NCBI GenBank assembly: GCA_977016875.1
Contig: CDRNST010000006.1
Coordinates: 3,596,001-3,660,000, forward strand
DNA length: 64,000 bases
Direction of reading: 5' to 3'
DNA from: Pavona decussata
Taxonomy: Eukaryota
Both the position numbers and the translations under genes were made by a program. Below, piece after piece: positions 34,930-47,600 of the stretch. Numbering within the stretch: position 1 is the stretch's first letter; each line of letters begins with the position of its first letter. The notes beneath the pieces were generated by a model that worked only from the letters and a program-made list of their open reading frames with translations, had not been told where the DNA came from and did no database searches.

Positions 34930-35779
34930 AGTTTCCCTCTAATGAACAACTTATCTGGTTGTGATTTTCTGAAGAAAGCAGGGATTCTTCCTCTCTTTGT
35001 CTCTTTTAAAGCCTCCCGAATTCAGTGTAGCTTTCGTCTTCTGACGATCTCCGTTGGGAAGTCTTGGAAAATTTGAAAATGGTTGTCTTTTTTCTGCGCC
35101 CCAGCGAGAATATTTCAGTGTTAAAAGTCCTTGTACCTAAGAAAGTGCGTAAGGATTAGACGTGCTTTTCCATCTTTACTTTTGCCAACACGATGCATGA
35201 ACTCTTTCTCTTTGGATTTCAACGTTTCGGGCTTCAGTGAAACCAAGCTCACGTTCCAAGGAAGCTCTAACAATTTCCTCAATGTCTTCGTTCCCGGCTT
35301 TTGGACCCTTTTGATGCTGATAGTTCTTCGGCTATATTCATATATTTAATGTTTTCTCGCCGGGAGTATGCTCGTAAGTATAAAATCTTTGCGTGGATTA
35401 GTTTCATCAATCCATCATGTCTTCATTGGATTTTGGTTTCGTTGATAGTTCTGCCAAATCAAAGTTCCTCTTTTTGGAAGGCTTCAACTTCCTCCTTGAA
35501 ATCCTTCCCAGAGAAGTAAGGGCTGGTTTTCAGATCATCTAGGTCTTACTTGTCTGTCGTTTAGAACCTTTCCAATTTTACTATTCTCTAACTTGGTTTC
35601 GATTTTCTTCCGGAAGGTTTCAATAGCTTTTTCAATATTGATTTTAACGTTGAAGCGTGCGATGGAGAGTTGGATTCCTGGGATTTTTTGGCTATTGGTG
35701 AACAGGAAATTTCATCAGAGGAGGACGATTCTAGTCTAGGCCTTCTTTTGTTCAGAAGATGGTCCAGACAAACAGCCAT
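34930..35779 (-). pseudogene. Degenerate LINE ORF1p (L1/Tx1-like RRM) relic
   Basis: Frameshifted minus-strand translation gives LYLRAYSRRENIKYMNI, LERELG..VEIQR..VH, GKSKDGKARLIL..FLRYKD and QIFQDFPTEIVRRRK. Confidence 0.75.
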
Positions 35780-38664
35780 TTTCCACTCAGTATGGTAGAG
35801 AGAAAATTGGCTGAAAATTGGCAGACGGCCGCAACCAACGTCTTAAGTTTTTTTTTTTTTTTTACATGATCAACATAAAAGTTTTGGTACGACAAATATC
35901 TGGCCAGTTGAGGTAACGGATGGACGCAAGTTCTAGTTTTTCGTCTGTTTTTATTGTAGCTTAATTTATACAAATCTTGATGCAATACAGTATAACTGAA
36001 CTCTTGTTCTGGAGATACGTGTGCCACATACAAGGCTGGCACTTCGGGAAAGGACAGTTTTATGTACTTAACAATGGAGGCGGCGGGGAGGCCTGGCAAA
36101 GACAGGGCACTTAAAGAAATGAACCAAGCTGAGATGTTTTCTTCAAATGCCCCACAGCAGGGCATTTGTGGATCAAAAGACTAAAAAGTGTCTATTGAGG
36201 GAAGGTAATTACTACCAAATCGCCTACTGCCAATGCCCCCCCCCCCCCCCCCACCACGCTTTCTTCCTTAGTGACTTTAACATTAATTAATAGGTGCTCG
36301 ATCATGCCAACAATCATATAACCAGCACAACTCGTATTTTCAACGCCCAGGGCTTCACCAGATGTCTAGCTATTTTACTTGTGATAATAACTCACTGTTA
36401 CGTTAGACATCAGTACCGAGATCGAAATAAGCTTCTTACGCGCCATCGAATTACATGTACGTAAATGTTTTTCGGTCTAACGCGCACTTCACGAGATAAA
36501 CACGCGAGTTAAATGACAAAAAAAGTTTATCAGAGACAGCAAATAATAAAGGAGACATGGTTAGGTGTTTTTCGGCCAAGTTTTTGTTTGGTCTTTAATT
36601 TTGTGGTTTGCATTGAATGGTGTGGTTAACCGAACGGCGGCAAATATGAAAGTAGTAAATAATGCCGTTGGGCATCATTTAAATCATGATTTTGCCGGAG
36701 GTCTATTTACTTTAATCGATATAATTCTTAATGACTTTCTAGTGCCTTCTGTTTTCTTCTGCCACCAAGCTCGCAAGCTGTATAGATTCCAAGGTTGTTA
36801 AATCGAAGGTCAGCAAGAAATAGCGTTAATGTTCACTATTGACTCTAGCACTACATTGACTCTGATGATGAGAAAAAACAAGCCCTTATTTCTATAATGA
36901 CCAATAAAAAGGATCGATATATTGTTGCGCATACCGTCACAGAAGTGCTGCATGAATCCTAGTTGTTAAAGAGAATTTATATAACAAGCTTTACATTATT
37001 GGTAATATTATTAATTTGTCTGGCGTTTAAATTAGTTCACCATTCCACTTGGCTCTCTTGATTCCGGAAAGATGAGTCGCCCTTTGCTAATATTTATTTA
37101 GAAATTAAAGCTGAAAATAGACTGTAAACAATATATTTGCTTTATTGTTATCTCAAGCAACTCCGACACAATATTAGCATGGCAAATGGCCACCGACAGC
37201 AAACTGTAGGCCTTATATAAAGACGATATTTCCGAACAAAAATAGAACTATTGGCTCCTATAAGGTTTTTAATGTCGCACATATTAAGACGGTCATTAAA
37301 CTATGACCCACACTACACGTCTTGCGAAAAGTTTTTTGTCTGAAAAAATTCTCAGGAATGTTAATGTTTGCTCGTAAATGATCTGGTTGAATCACTGATT
37401 GAAGTGGAATGTGAACTATACTGGGAAATATAGCTTTTGCGGTTTCTAGGATCTCTTTACAGATTTAAGGCTTTTCTCTTCTACAGTTCGGTTTTATTAT
37501 ATTTGCTGCTAATATTTTTATGCGCAAGTGAGCATTTTTCCATGGAACATGCGTAAAACGTGTAAATTATTATGATTAATTAATGAAATAAGCTTTTTAG
37601 ATGGTAGTCAATCTCGCAATTTTGTTCCGTTGTCGTTAATGTCACTTGGTAAGCTGAAAAAGAGAGCTGAGTCAGTGATTTCTAAGCTGGTAAGTTTTAG
37701 ATTCTCGAAAGCACCATGTGAATGTATGCTCGACTTACCACACAAACCACAATTAATAACAGGAAGGAGTTTTAATAAATGGAATCCACGCAAATAATTG
37801 AACTTCATTGCTCCGCTGATGCTCTTTTATTGAGTCACCAGAAACGAGAAAACCACAGAAATTTCAAATGTAATATTTGAGCTATTATACCTTGGTATTT
37901 AAAGATCGACTTTTGAATTTTAAATGTTCCGCAATTAATTTGTATAGCTGGTAGAACACTGTTTCAAATTCACCAACAATCTTTAACATCGCCGCACTTC
38001 TTCGCTCCTGTTGTGTTCAGTTTTTGTATCGGGTGAGACTGAATTGAGGGCAGTTTTTATTAGAATCAGTGTGCGGCAGCAAAAATATAACATCTTGAAA
38101 AAAAAAAAACGTTTATGATGTTTCAATATACTTTGTATTCGAATGAACTGCAACTAAAGAAAACTTTTAGGCGCATTTTTTCACCATTGCAAGTTTGTAT
38201 TGTGTCACGATGGAATAAAGCGATGCAGGTGTTTCTAAACAACTTACTGCAATCCGCATAAATACTCCGACGAGTGCCAACATTATTCTAAAAGTTCTAT
38301 CGTAATGTGTAATTTTGATCTTTGTTTTGCTAGACGTTTCTATGGTTAAGAGTGCTGTCGCGTTAAACAGTGTTGTTATGCTGGAGATCTTGGACTCGTA
38401 AGCGTTCAACATCGCCAAATATTCCAAATATTCAACATTCAATAATTTCATTGTAATACAAAAGTCAGCGAAGCGGTAACACTATCCGACCAATCAGAGT
38501 ACAGCCGTAGCTCGGTAATTGACATATTCAATTCTAGACATTTAATAAGTATGTTTCTCCAGGGAATCCGGATACTTCTTTGACGTACTGCGACTCAAAG
38601 GTTTACGACGCTAAGGTTCGAGATTACAAATTTCATGGCGCTGGCGACCTAGTCACTTGTCAAC

Positions 38665-41600
38665 ATGGCGTTTAAAAGCACGTTAGTGTTCTTGTTCGCC
38701 TGCCAGCACATTTGCTGTGTTATGGCCGCCGAGTGTACCACGGCTATTATAGCTTCCATATTTGGAACGATCGGAGTGCTGCTTCTTATCGCTGCCATTG
38801 TGGCGCTTGCTTGGTATTGCTACAGGCGTCGACAGGCAGGTAAAAAATTGTTAACGGTGATGTTACTTACGAGGCTGTGCAAAACACTTTTTATTTTACC
38901 ACCAATTTTAAAGGGCGCTGCTCATATTATTCATTTTGTTTTTACAGCGTCATTTGCGTCCACATCTTCAGCCGACTCTGTTAGCGACCCTGAATTTTCC
39001 TTTGGTGGAAAGGCGAAAGGTGGTGACATTGGACTGGATGGAAGTGGAACACCTGTTACTTTTTCACACCACTACAGCGAAAAAGCACCTTCAGTTGGTA
39101 AGAAGCTGCAAATACAAGCCACGCAGTATACAATTACGAACAAAACATTCCTGTGATAGTTTTAAATAATTGTTTCGGATACACATTACGCTGCACGAAC
39201 TTTACTATTTAATATTCTTCGTCGACTCCTTTACCAGTCAACAGCAAAAGGTAAAAGTACATGTGTTTTCGTTTAGGAAATACCGAACAATTATTTGTCT
39301 TGCCGTGTCCACAGGCGTTGAGCTATAAGTCTTGTATTGGATTGCCTCCGTATTTATAAATGTAATGCAACAATAAACTTCGGAGCTATTTGTTGTTGAA
39401 GCGGCGCAAGCGATTAACAGCCACTTTATAACGCACTCAATTCCAGCTCATTCTTTATCTCTTTTGAAAAATTAGCTGCGTTTTTTAGCAGGGAAAACTG
39501 CCATGTTCTCGTATGGACAGAATGTATATTTTTACCATGCAGCAGTCAACCATGTCGACGTCTTTTCCAGTCAGTTCATGAGTTTTAAAATCCTTTTACC
39601 TGTCAGTTTGTCTTGTTCCTCGATGACATCAAAAAATTGGAGTATAAAACATTCCCGTAACTCACAAAAAAATCATTGACAGGTTTAATTTTCTAACAAC
39701 ACAAATCGCGCATAATTAAGAAGATTAGTAAGTGGATTATTTGCATAAAAACCACAACTCTTTTGCGAGATCACTCGAGCAGAGAAAACTTGAATAATCG
39801 AGAATGCACGTTGCAGTGAAGAACTGTTGATTATTTATCTCTTATCACGCACGGCATGTAATAAAACTACGTATCGCCTCTGGCAGTATTATATGATAAA
39901 TAAGGTTAGAAAATTTTCACAGATTTATTCTCCAGGAATGCAAACAAAATAAATATCAAATGAAATTATCAACAGTTTTCTTTGTACTGCTACATTTAAA
40001 AACCTCCATGTAGTTCTAAACATGTTTTGTTTCTTTGAACGCGTACAGCATGTAATGAACTACTGCCTCTGGCAATATTTTTTAACTTAATTTGAAATGA
40101 TTTATCACACACATCTCCAGGAATGTTTATAAAGTAATGGAATAAACCTGTGTGAGAATTTTCGTTAAACTAACAAAAGCTCATCCGGAATATTCTAAGG
40201 TTCTTAGTCTATCCACACACCGCATATCGGTCATATTTTCCGCATTGTGTCATTCCCTTTTAAATACTGTGACCTCTCGAAACAGATCATTCGCGTAAAG
40301 CGCAGAGAGTACTTAACATTCTCGAAAGCCACATAATTAAAGCTACTCTAGCTTTTAAACTTTTCTCTCTCTCAAATTTTCTAGAACAAACCCATCATTT
40401 ATCCATCCAAACTATTCGACAGAGCGCACTGATTAGGCGATGGCAGAACTGATCCGAACAATAAAGATAGCTTCCCATAAAACTTCAATATGTTTCAAGC
40501 TGTTTGCTGTTTGAATAGCCAAGCAGTTACCATTGTTTGCTCCCTTTTGTTTTTCAAAGTGGAAATCGACAAGTAATGGAAAAAAGGAACCTTTATTTTC
40601 CTTCAAAGACGCGATCGCCGTGATGTCAGGGCTGTGGATTTTTTTTACCCATTACGACGTAGTTTGTTGATCTTAAGAGTTCAAAAGTAATTGAAGTAAT
40701 AACAATACAAGTGGTAAAAAGAATGAAGAAAATTATCAACAAAAGCGGAAAATGTGTTGAAATTTGAACAATTTCTCATGATTAGTGCCATACAAAATTT
40801 ATAAAGTAAAAAATGGATTTTCACACTGATATAACAACGGCACTGGGTGTGAGCAATATCAAGGTGTTTGGTGGATGCAAACCGTCTTATGTAAATGTTT
40901 CATTTAGCGACTTGACAAAGAGTATAGTTCTTTGCTATTTGACTGCCCTCCAACGGTGAGCAAAATCCTGATGAGGACTGGATTAAACTTTTGAACGACA
41001 CAAGCATCGTGCAAGCAAGTCAGTTTGCGTTAATTTCAGTGATCCTTATGCGTGAGCCATACTAGCTGAAAGGCTCCCTTGGAATGGCGCATGTTTTACA
41101 AAAAGGCTTTTTATATTGAGCTATGTAATGACCATACGATTTAATTGCTCCTGTTGCTGCGGGGATATAAGGCCTCTAAGATTTTTTAAAAAAACCTTTT
41201 TAGTCTGTGTTTGCTTGTTTGTGTTCCGGCTGCGAGCGGTCTCTATTTCGTAGTTTTCGTTCGTATTTTTGCTACCTGCGATCATAGCACCAATTTCTGT
41301 TGTGTGTTTAATGTGTGCGAATGCTATGGCAGATTAATCGTTTACTGCAGTCGATTCGAGAAACAAAAATTGTCGGTTGTCACCTTGCTTTAAGCGTTTT
41401 TCTCTGAGTTTTCCGGTTTAACTGGCTAATCAAAAACCAACATTTCCAAATTCCATTTCGTATCGGATGTAGAGAACATGACTGTAAAACAACCTGCAAA
41501 GTATGTTGCTTTATTTAGAAGAATAATTCTCAGTTTCATCCATATGAACCTGAATTAATCGGCCTATTCCATGCATGGTAATGAGGAACTACGAGGACAT

Positions 41601-44600
41601 CTGAAGATTCGAGAAGATATTAGTAACAGCAAATTACAAATACATGGAGGAAGGTTTTGAAAAATAACTCGTGAAAGTGTCACTAGACTTTAAGAAGAGT
41701 TAGATAGTCAGTCTCTAAAATCGATTAAGTACTCTTCAGCTGAGGTGTTCAACTTTCAACTTACTTTAAATTTTTCAGAAATTATTACTGCTACCCGTAA
41801 ATAGCGAGAATTGCTAATGGTGGCGGGTGTGTGTGTGTGTGGTTTCGAACCTTATATGTTTAGGTGATTACATGAGCAAGTGGAAGACACTTGATGGCTC
41901 GTCCGTTATTTACTCTTCTTACTGGACAACGTATATTCTCAGATACGCCTCTTTAACTGTTGCGACTATCTTGTGGTAGCAAAGACCTATGTGCTTGATT
42001 ATATACGTACCTTTGTTGAGAGGAGATTTGTTTATTTTTTTGTAGCTCCCGCTGATTTGTTTTGTCTTGTCTACAAGAACAACTAATGTTCAGTGATGTT
42101 CAACGCCCAGATAACATCAGACTGCAAATTGATTCAATATAACAGACAGTATCGTATTGACTGTACAACAAGCTGTTTTAATTAAAAAAAAAAAAAAAAG
42201 AAACATTGGGCGGCTGTCTGAACAGCGTCCGTTCTCCTCTGAAAAACAGCATGAATCAGCCATATTGCATTTAACCTGCTTTTAGTGGAAAACAAACAGT
42301 TGTATGCTCAAGCTTTGCGTACCAATTTAAAAATCTGTGGAAACGAAAATAATTGGCACATTTTATTTGTAGTGAAAACATTTTTACTTACGATAAGAGG
42401 ACATATTTCAAAAAATTGTTCATCTTCACAGAGTTAGGCCCCAATCCACCCTAATGTGTTTTCAAAAGTGTCTGTTTTCATCTCGGCGAAAACGAAGCAA
42501 AATATTTTCATCCACACTAGCGTTTTCGAACCGAAAACTGAAATGCTTGGAAACGATGAAAACGACTGGAACCTGGGATTGCGCATGGTTAACATCACAA
42601 GACCATCCACCATCTTGGATAGATACTCCGATTTGGACTCTAACCGATGGCATGTGACGCTTTTTACTTCACCGTTTTCAAAAGTCTCCATTTTCACCTG
42701 TCCACACTAGAAAGGAAGTGTTTTCAAAAGTCTCCACTTTGAAACCATTTTTAAAAGTCTGTTTTTCATCGGCGTATTCTGGCGATTTAATGTGGACGAT
42801 AGGCAAACGAAAACGCACAAGAGGAACAGACCAAATTTCGGAAATATCAGATGCACCAAGGAGGCAATCGAACCCATGACCCCGCAATAGTACCGATGAT
42901 GCCCTGAGCTGAGGAGGAAAGCATGGTGGGCTAATTCGAATATTTGCTTTAGTGCTGGATAATCATTGTTCCCATGTTCAAATTAATCCACAGCTCTGGC
43001 TTCCTCGGTAGCTCAGCGGTTAGAGTATACGCCATGAGAAGGAGGTGTCATGGGTTCGATTTCACCTCAGGGTATTTGATTTTTCTGACATTTGTCCAAG
43101 ATTTCTTCTCTAAAGATGAATGTTTTCACTTTTTTGAAAATCTCTTTCACTGGGTGAAAATGAGAACAAATTGGCCGAGAGCCTCGTGCTTTCTGGCGAG
43201 AGCCATATTTGACATACTTGACAAACAAAGAACGGCAACCACGGTATGTGCATCTTAAATAACGCTTGCGTCATTTTAATATTGTTTTTACAGCTTACAA
43301 CACATCAGGTGTTGTAAATCCAGCATTTGGTGGCAGTCGTGAGTTTCTGATTGACATGCCTCCCGACAACAAAGGAGAAGTCAAAATTGATATGGAAGGA
43401 GATTCTTCAATGAGGCCTGCTGCTTATAACGGAGACGTCAAGATTGATATGAATGGGGAGTCAGACATTAAAACTCCTTCAGGTACGGGGAATGTAAAGT
43501 TGGATATGGAATGGGATCCTAGGAAAAATGTTGGTCTTCCAGATGGAAATCACGTGGAAACGAATCTTCCCGCTGTAAGTGGTCCTGCCATAGATCTTCC
43601 GGATGACAAACCTTCAGGAAGTTGTCTTCCAGGTGCTGATGCTGAAGTGATAATCAATGATCCTTCCAAGCCGAAGTTAGACATAGGAGGGGTGGGAAGT
43701 TTGGTAAGAAGATGTTATGATTCAGTTGTCTTTTTTTTTTTTTTTGAAGTGTTGTTTATTGAGTCGGGCGTAAAAATTGCACTGGAATTACAAGCCCCCT
43801 GATAGTGAATTTAATTCCCACCTGTTTTGGTAACAGCCTCGTTCGCTTGATATCTCTTTAAACAAAGTGACGCTAAGCTACGCTGTCAATCAGTACGTAG
43901 TCTTGTTAAAAAGAATCACATATTGTCTCCAAACCTCCGTTTAACCTGCTAAGTTAACTGATGCTCAGTCGGCAACACATCGTGTTGTTTATTGTCCTTT
44001 TTTATTATTGCTATTTTAAACCTCCAATTTGCATTAAGGTGTAGGTGATTAGTTTGAATATGTAGGCGATTGACATCCTTCATTTTTTCCTTTACTTCAA
44101 ATTCGTCGCCTTCCATGAACAGTCTGGAAAGAGTTTAAGAAATTGTACTAACTTAGGATAAGTTCAAGAAACGTTTATGAGGACGTCGCCTCTCAGAACA
44201 TGTTAAGTTAGTCGAACAGAAATGTAACCCTTACATCAGAGCGGAAACGGAATGGTCTGTAGACCCATTTGTTTTCCTTTTTTCCTATCAAAGAAAAGCG
44301 AAGACGTCTTTCTTGAGCGCCCTGGACGTGGGGGGTTTGGGTTGCTGATAGCGAGGGACAAAACCTTACCACCTCCTGCCTTGTTTGTTAGAGAAGTCAC
44401 TCCTGGCGGCATTGCAGCCAAAACAGGACGCATTGATAAAGGTCAGTAAAAACTAAATTCCTTGTGTAATGCTAATCGTAGTATAGTTTATCCCTGAAGT
44501 GGGCAAAATAATTTCTGTGAAGTTTGTAAATGCATAGCGAGATGACTGTTTCAAGCGAAAGATTGGACCAGGTTAAGATATAAGTGAAAGACAACCCTTG

Positions 44601-47600
44601 ACAGAGAGTTGTTATTGTTCAATCCTGATGCAGGACACAATGCAAAATTATTGATTGATTTTTTTGGTTTACATGTGGATTTCGAATTCGTCTCGTTCCA
44701 CTCGTTAATCAAGAAAATACCGAGGACAACATAGCCTATACTATACAGTCGAACCTCTTTATTATGGACCCCAAGGGGACAGGAATAAGTGTCGGTATTA
44801 TAGAGGTGTCCGTTTTAGAGAAATAGAATCTATATGGATTTTGGTCTCTCTGACACATAATGAACTGTCCGTAAGGAGAGGTTCCACTGTACTTAGTGCG
44901 TATAAGCTTGATAAATAAGATTTTTGTTATTTCCTCAAACAACAACAATAAAACACCTGAAAAAAGGACTCCGTGTGAGAGGACCGTTTTTGCAAATAAT
45001 CAGACAGCATAATTCAGTTAATCTGGACCTCAAACGTTTGTAGGTGACAAGATCGTGGGAATCAATGACGCCTCCATTGAGGGCATGCCCCACGATAAAG
45101 CCATGGAGCTTCTTCGAGATGACGAGAAACCAATGCTGCATCTAAAGCTACTGAAAAAGGCCCTGTATAGTGAAAAGGGTATGTAGTACTGTTAGCTTTG
45201 TTAAGAGTTGAAATCTGATAATGAGATGGTTAAGTGCGTAGTTGGAAAGATTTTCTCGTTAATATGGATGAAACACGTCAACGTCAATAGGAGCTACACC
45301 TTACATCTTTCGCTGATTTTTTTTATCATACAGATAGCTCATTTGAACTACCTGGAGGGTCCATGGAGGAGACCTGCAATGTCGAGTTAGAACCTGTGCT
45401 ACAAGCGGGAGTCCCGTCGGTAGATGTTGAAGGTATGCGACGTGACGCTCCTGATTTTGGATCAATGGACATTTCTGCGAGGAAGCCAAGAGTAAACATG
45501 AGTGAGCCTCAAGTGGATATGCCTGGAGGAACACTGAAAACGCCAATTTCTGATCCAAATGCATTTTCAGACGTTGATCTTAGTGGTCCATCGACTGGTT
45601 TGGATCTGCCTTCAACGAAAAAGAAGAGTGGTGGCTGCTTTTCCTGCGCATCGACTGGAGACAAAGAGGAGCCTTACAGCAAGGGCAGGGCAAACGCCGG
45701 ACTGTACTTAGACAGGCCAAACATGAAAACCGACCGAAAAGTTAAAGTGAGTGGGGCCCCTCCTGAAGTTTCTGTACCTTCGGCGAATACGGGTGGAACA
45801 CTTTCAGGACCGTCGGTAAATAGCGAAGATTTTGATTTTGATTCAAGCTGCCCAGATGTAGATACTTCTAAAAGACCAAAGGCGCATTTAGATACCAATA
45901 CCCCAAGTATTAAAACACCACAAGGCAATCTGGCGGCCCAAATCTCGCAGCCGGAAGTTGACCTTTCGACGGAAAAACGGCAAGCTCTGCAAGGAAAATT
46001 TGACGCCCTTCCTACCGAGCGAGACCTGCCGCCGAAAAAGAAAAAGAGTGGAAACTGTCTTTCGTGTATACGTGACATCAATAAAGACCAGCCCTACAGA
46101 AAGAGCAGAAAAAATGTTGATTTAGATATTGGTGGACCAGGTGGCTCAATGGAAATGAGCACTGGTGGGAAATTTGACCTTAGAGGATCTGGTCCTAGTA
46201 TTCAAGGAGCAGAGGGACGAATTCCACAGAAGGAATTGGGACTCCGTGCATCTGCCCCAGACAGAGATTTAGACGTCGATAAAGAACAAAACATTGACAC
46301 TTCTGCTCCAGATCTCTTCCCGCCTTCCTCAAGCGCAGAAATAAAGACCGGTAAACTTGACTTTGATGGATCTTGTCCTACGATTCAAGGAGCGGAAAGA
46401 AGACTTTCACAGAAGGAATTTGGACTCCGTGCTTCTGTCCCGGACGTAGATTTAGATGTCGATAAAGAACGAAATATTGACATATCCGGTCCTGATGCCT
46501 CCCTGCCCTCCTCAAGCGCAACTGCAAAGATTTCTAGGCCCTCTTTCGGTGGTGACGATGACTTTGAGCCTAACCTAGACTTTAAAGGAAGGAAACCAAA
46601 AGTAAAGATAGGCGCCAATGGTCAGGACTTCACAGCACCAGACCTGAGGCCAGAGATTGACGTTTCTTCCGATAAAACGAAGGATACTTCAGTGAAACTT
46701 GGTGCTCCATCTGCCCAAATGAATTTGCCTTCTTCAAAGAAAAAGCGTGGAAATTGTCTCAAATGTACAGGAACGGGTGGAAAAGAGGAACCTTACAGAA
46801 AGGCGAGTGATGTAGGATACACTTTCGATGAGCGCGAAGCGGATGGCTCTATTGAAATGAAAAAAATTGCTGGGCCTGGCTTTAATGTCCATGGAAGAGA
46901 AGGCGGTGTTTCTGGGCCCGAATCGGACGTCCTTGGTTCTGGTCCTGACTTTGGTGTCCAGGGATCGCATGCAGATGTTTCTAGACCCGACTATAATATC
47001 GGTAGACCGAATGTAAGATCTGACTTGGGAGTCCGTGGACCGAACGCCAATGTTTCTGGGTTGGATATCAGTGCACCAAAGACCAGTATTTCTGGGCCCA
47101 CATCCAGTATATCAGGGCCTGACTTAGATGTGCGTGAACCGAACGTGGGAATTTCTGGAGGAAAGCCGAAGATGGGATTAGACACAAACATCCCAAGCGT
47201 CAACGCACCAGAAGGAAAAATAGATACAAAAGTGTCTGGACCGAATGTCGACGTTTCAACAGGAAACATAAAGGACTCTAAAGTTACAGTCGATATGCCA
47301 TCTGCTGGAATACATTTGCCATCTAAGAAGGCGAAGGGTGGAAACTGCCTGTCATGCACATCTAGTCCTGACAAAGATGAGCCATATCGCACGAGTAAAG
47401 GAAATGCAGACTTTGCTTTCGACGGACCAGATGTTTACACGGAGGGACCTGACGCAGACATCGAAGGACTTAAGAGAAAAAGTGAAAACGCCTTTAATTT
47501 GAGCACCGATACACCAGGTACAGATAATCTCAACTTAGAAGAAGACGCAGGTATCTCTTTCACAAATGCGTCCTTCCCATCAACGAGTGGAAGGGGGGAA

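Noticed and set aside
42998-43075. tRNA gene
   Set aside because: A and B boxes are present but the acceptor and anticodon stems do not pair. It is a SINE-like head, and the same applies at 60415-60485.
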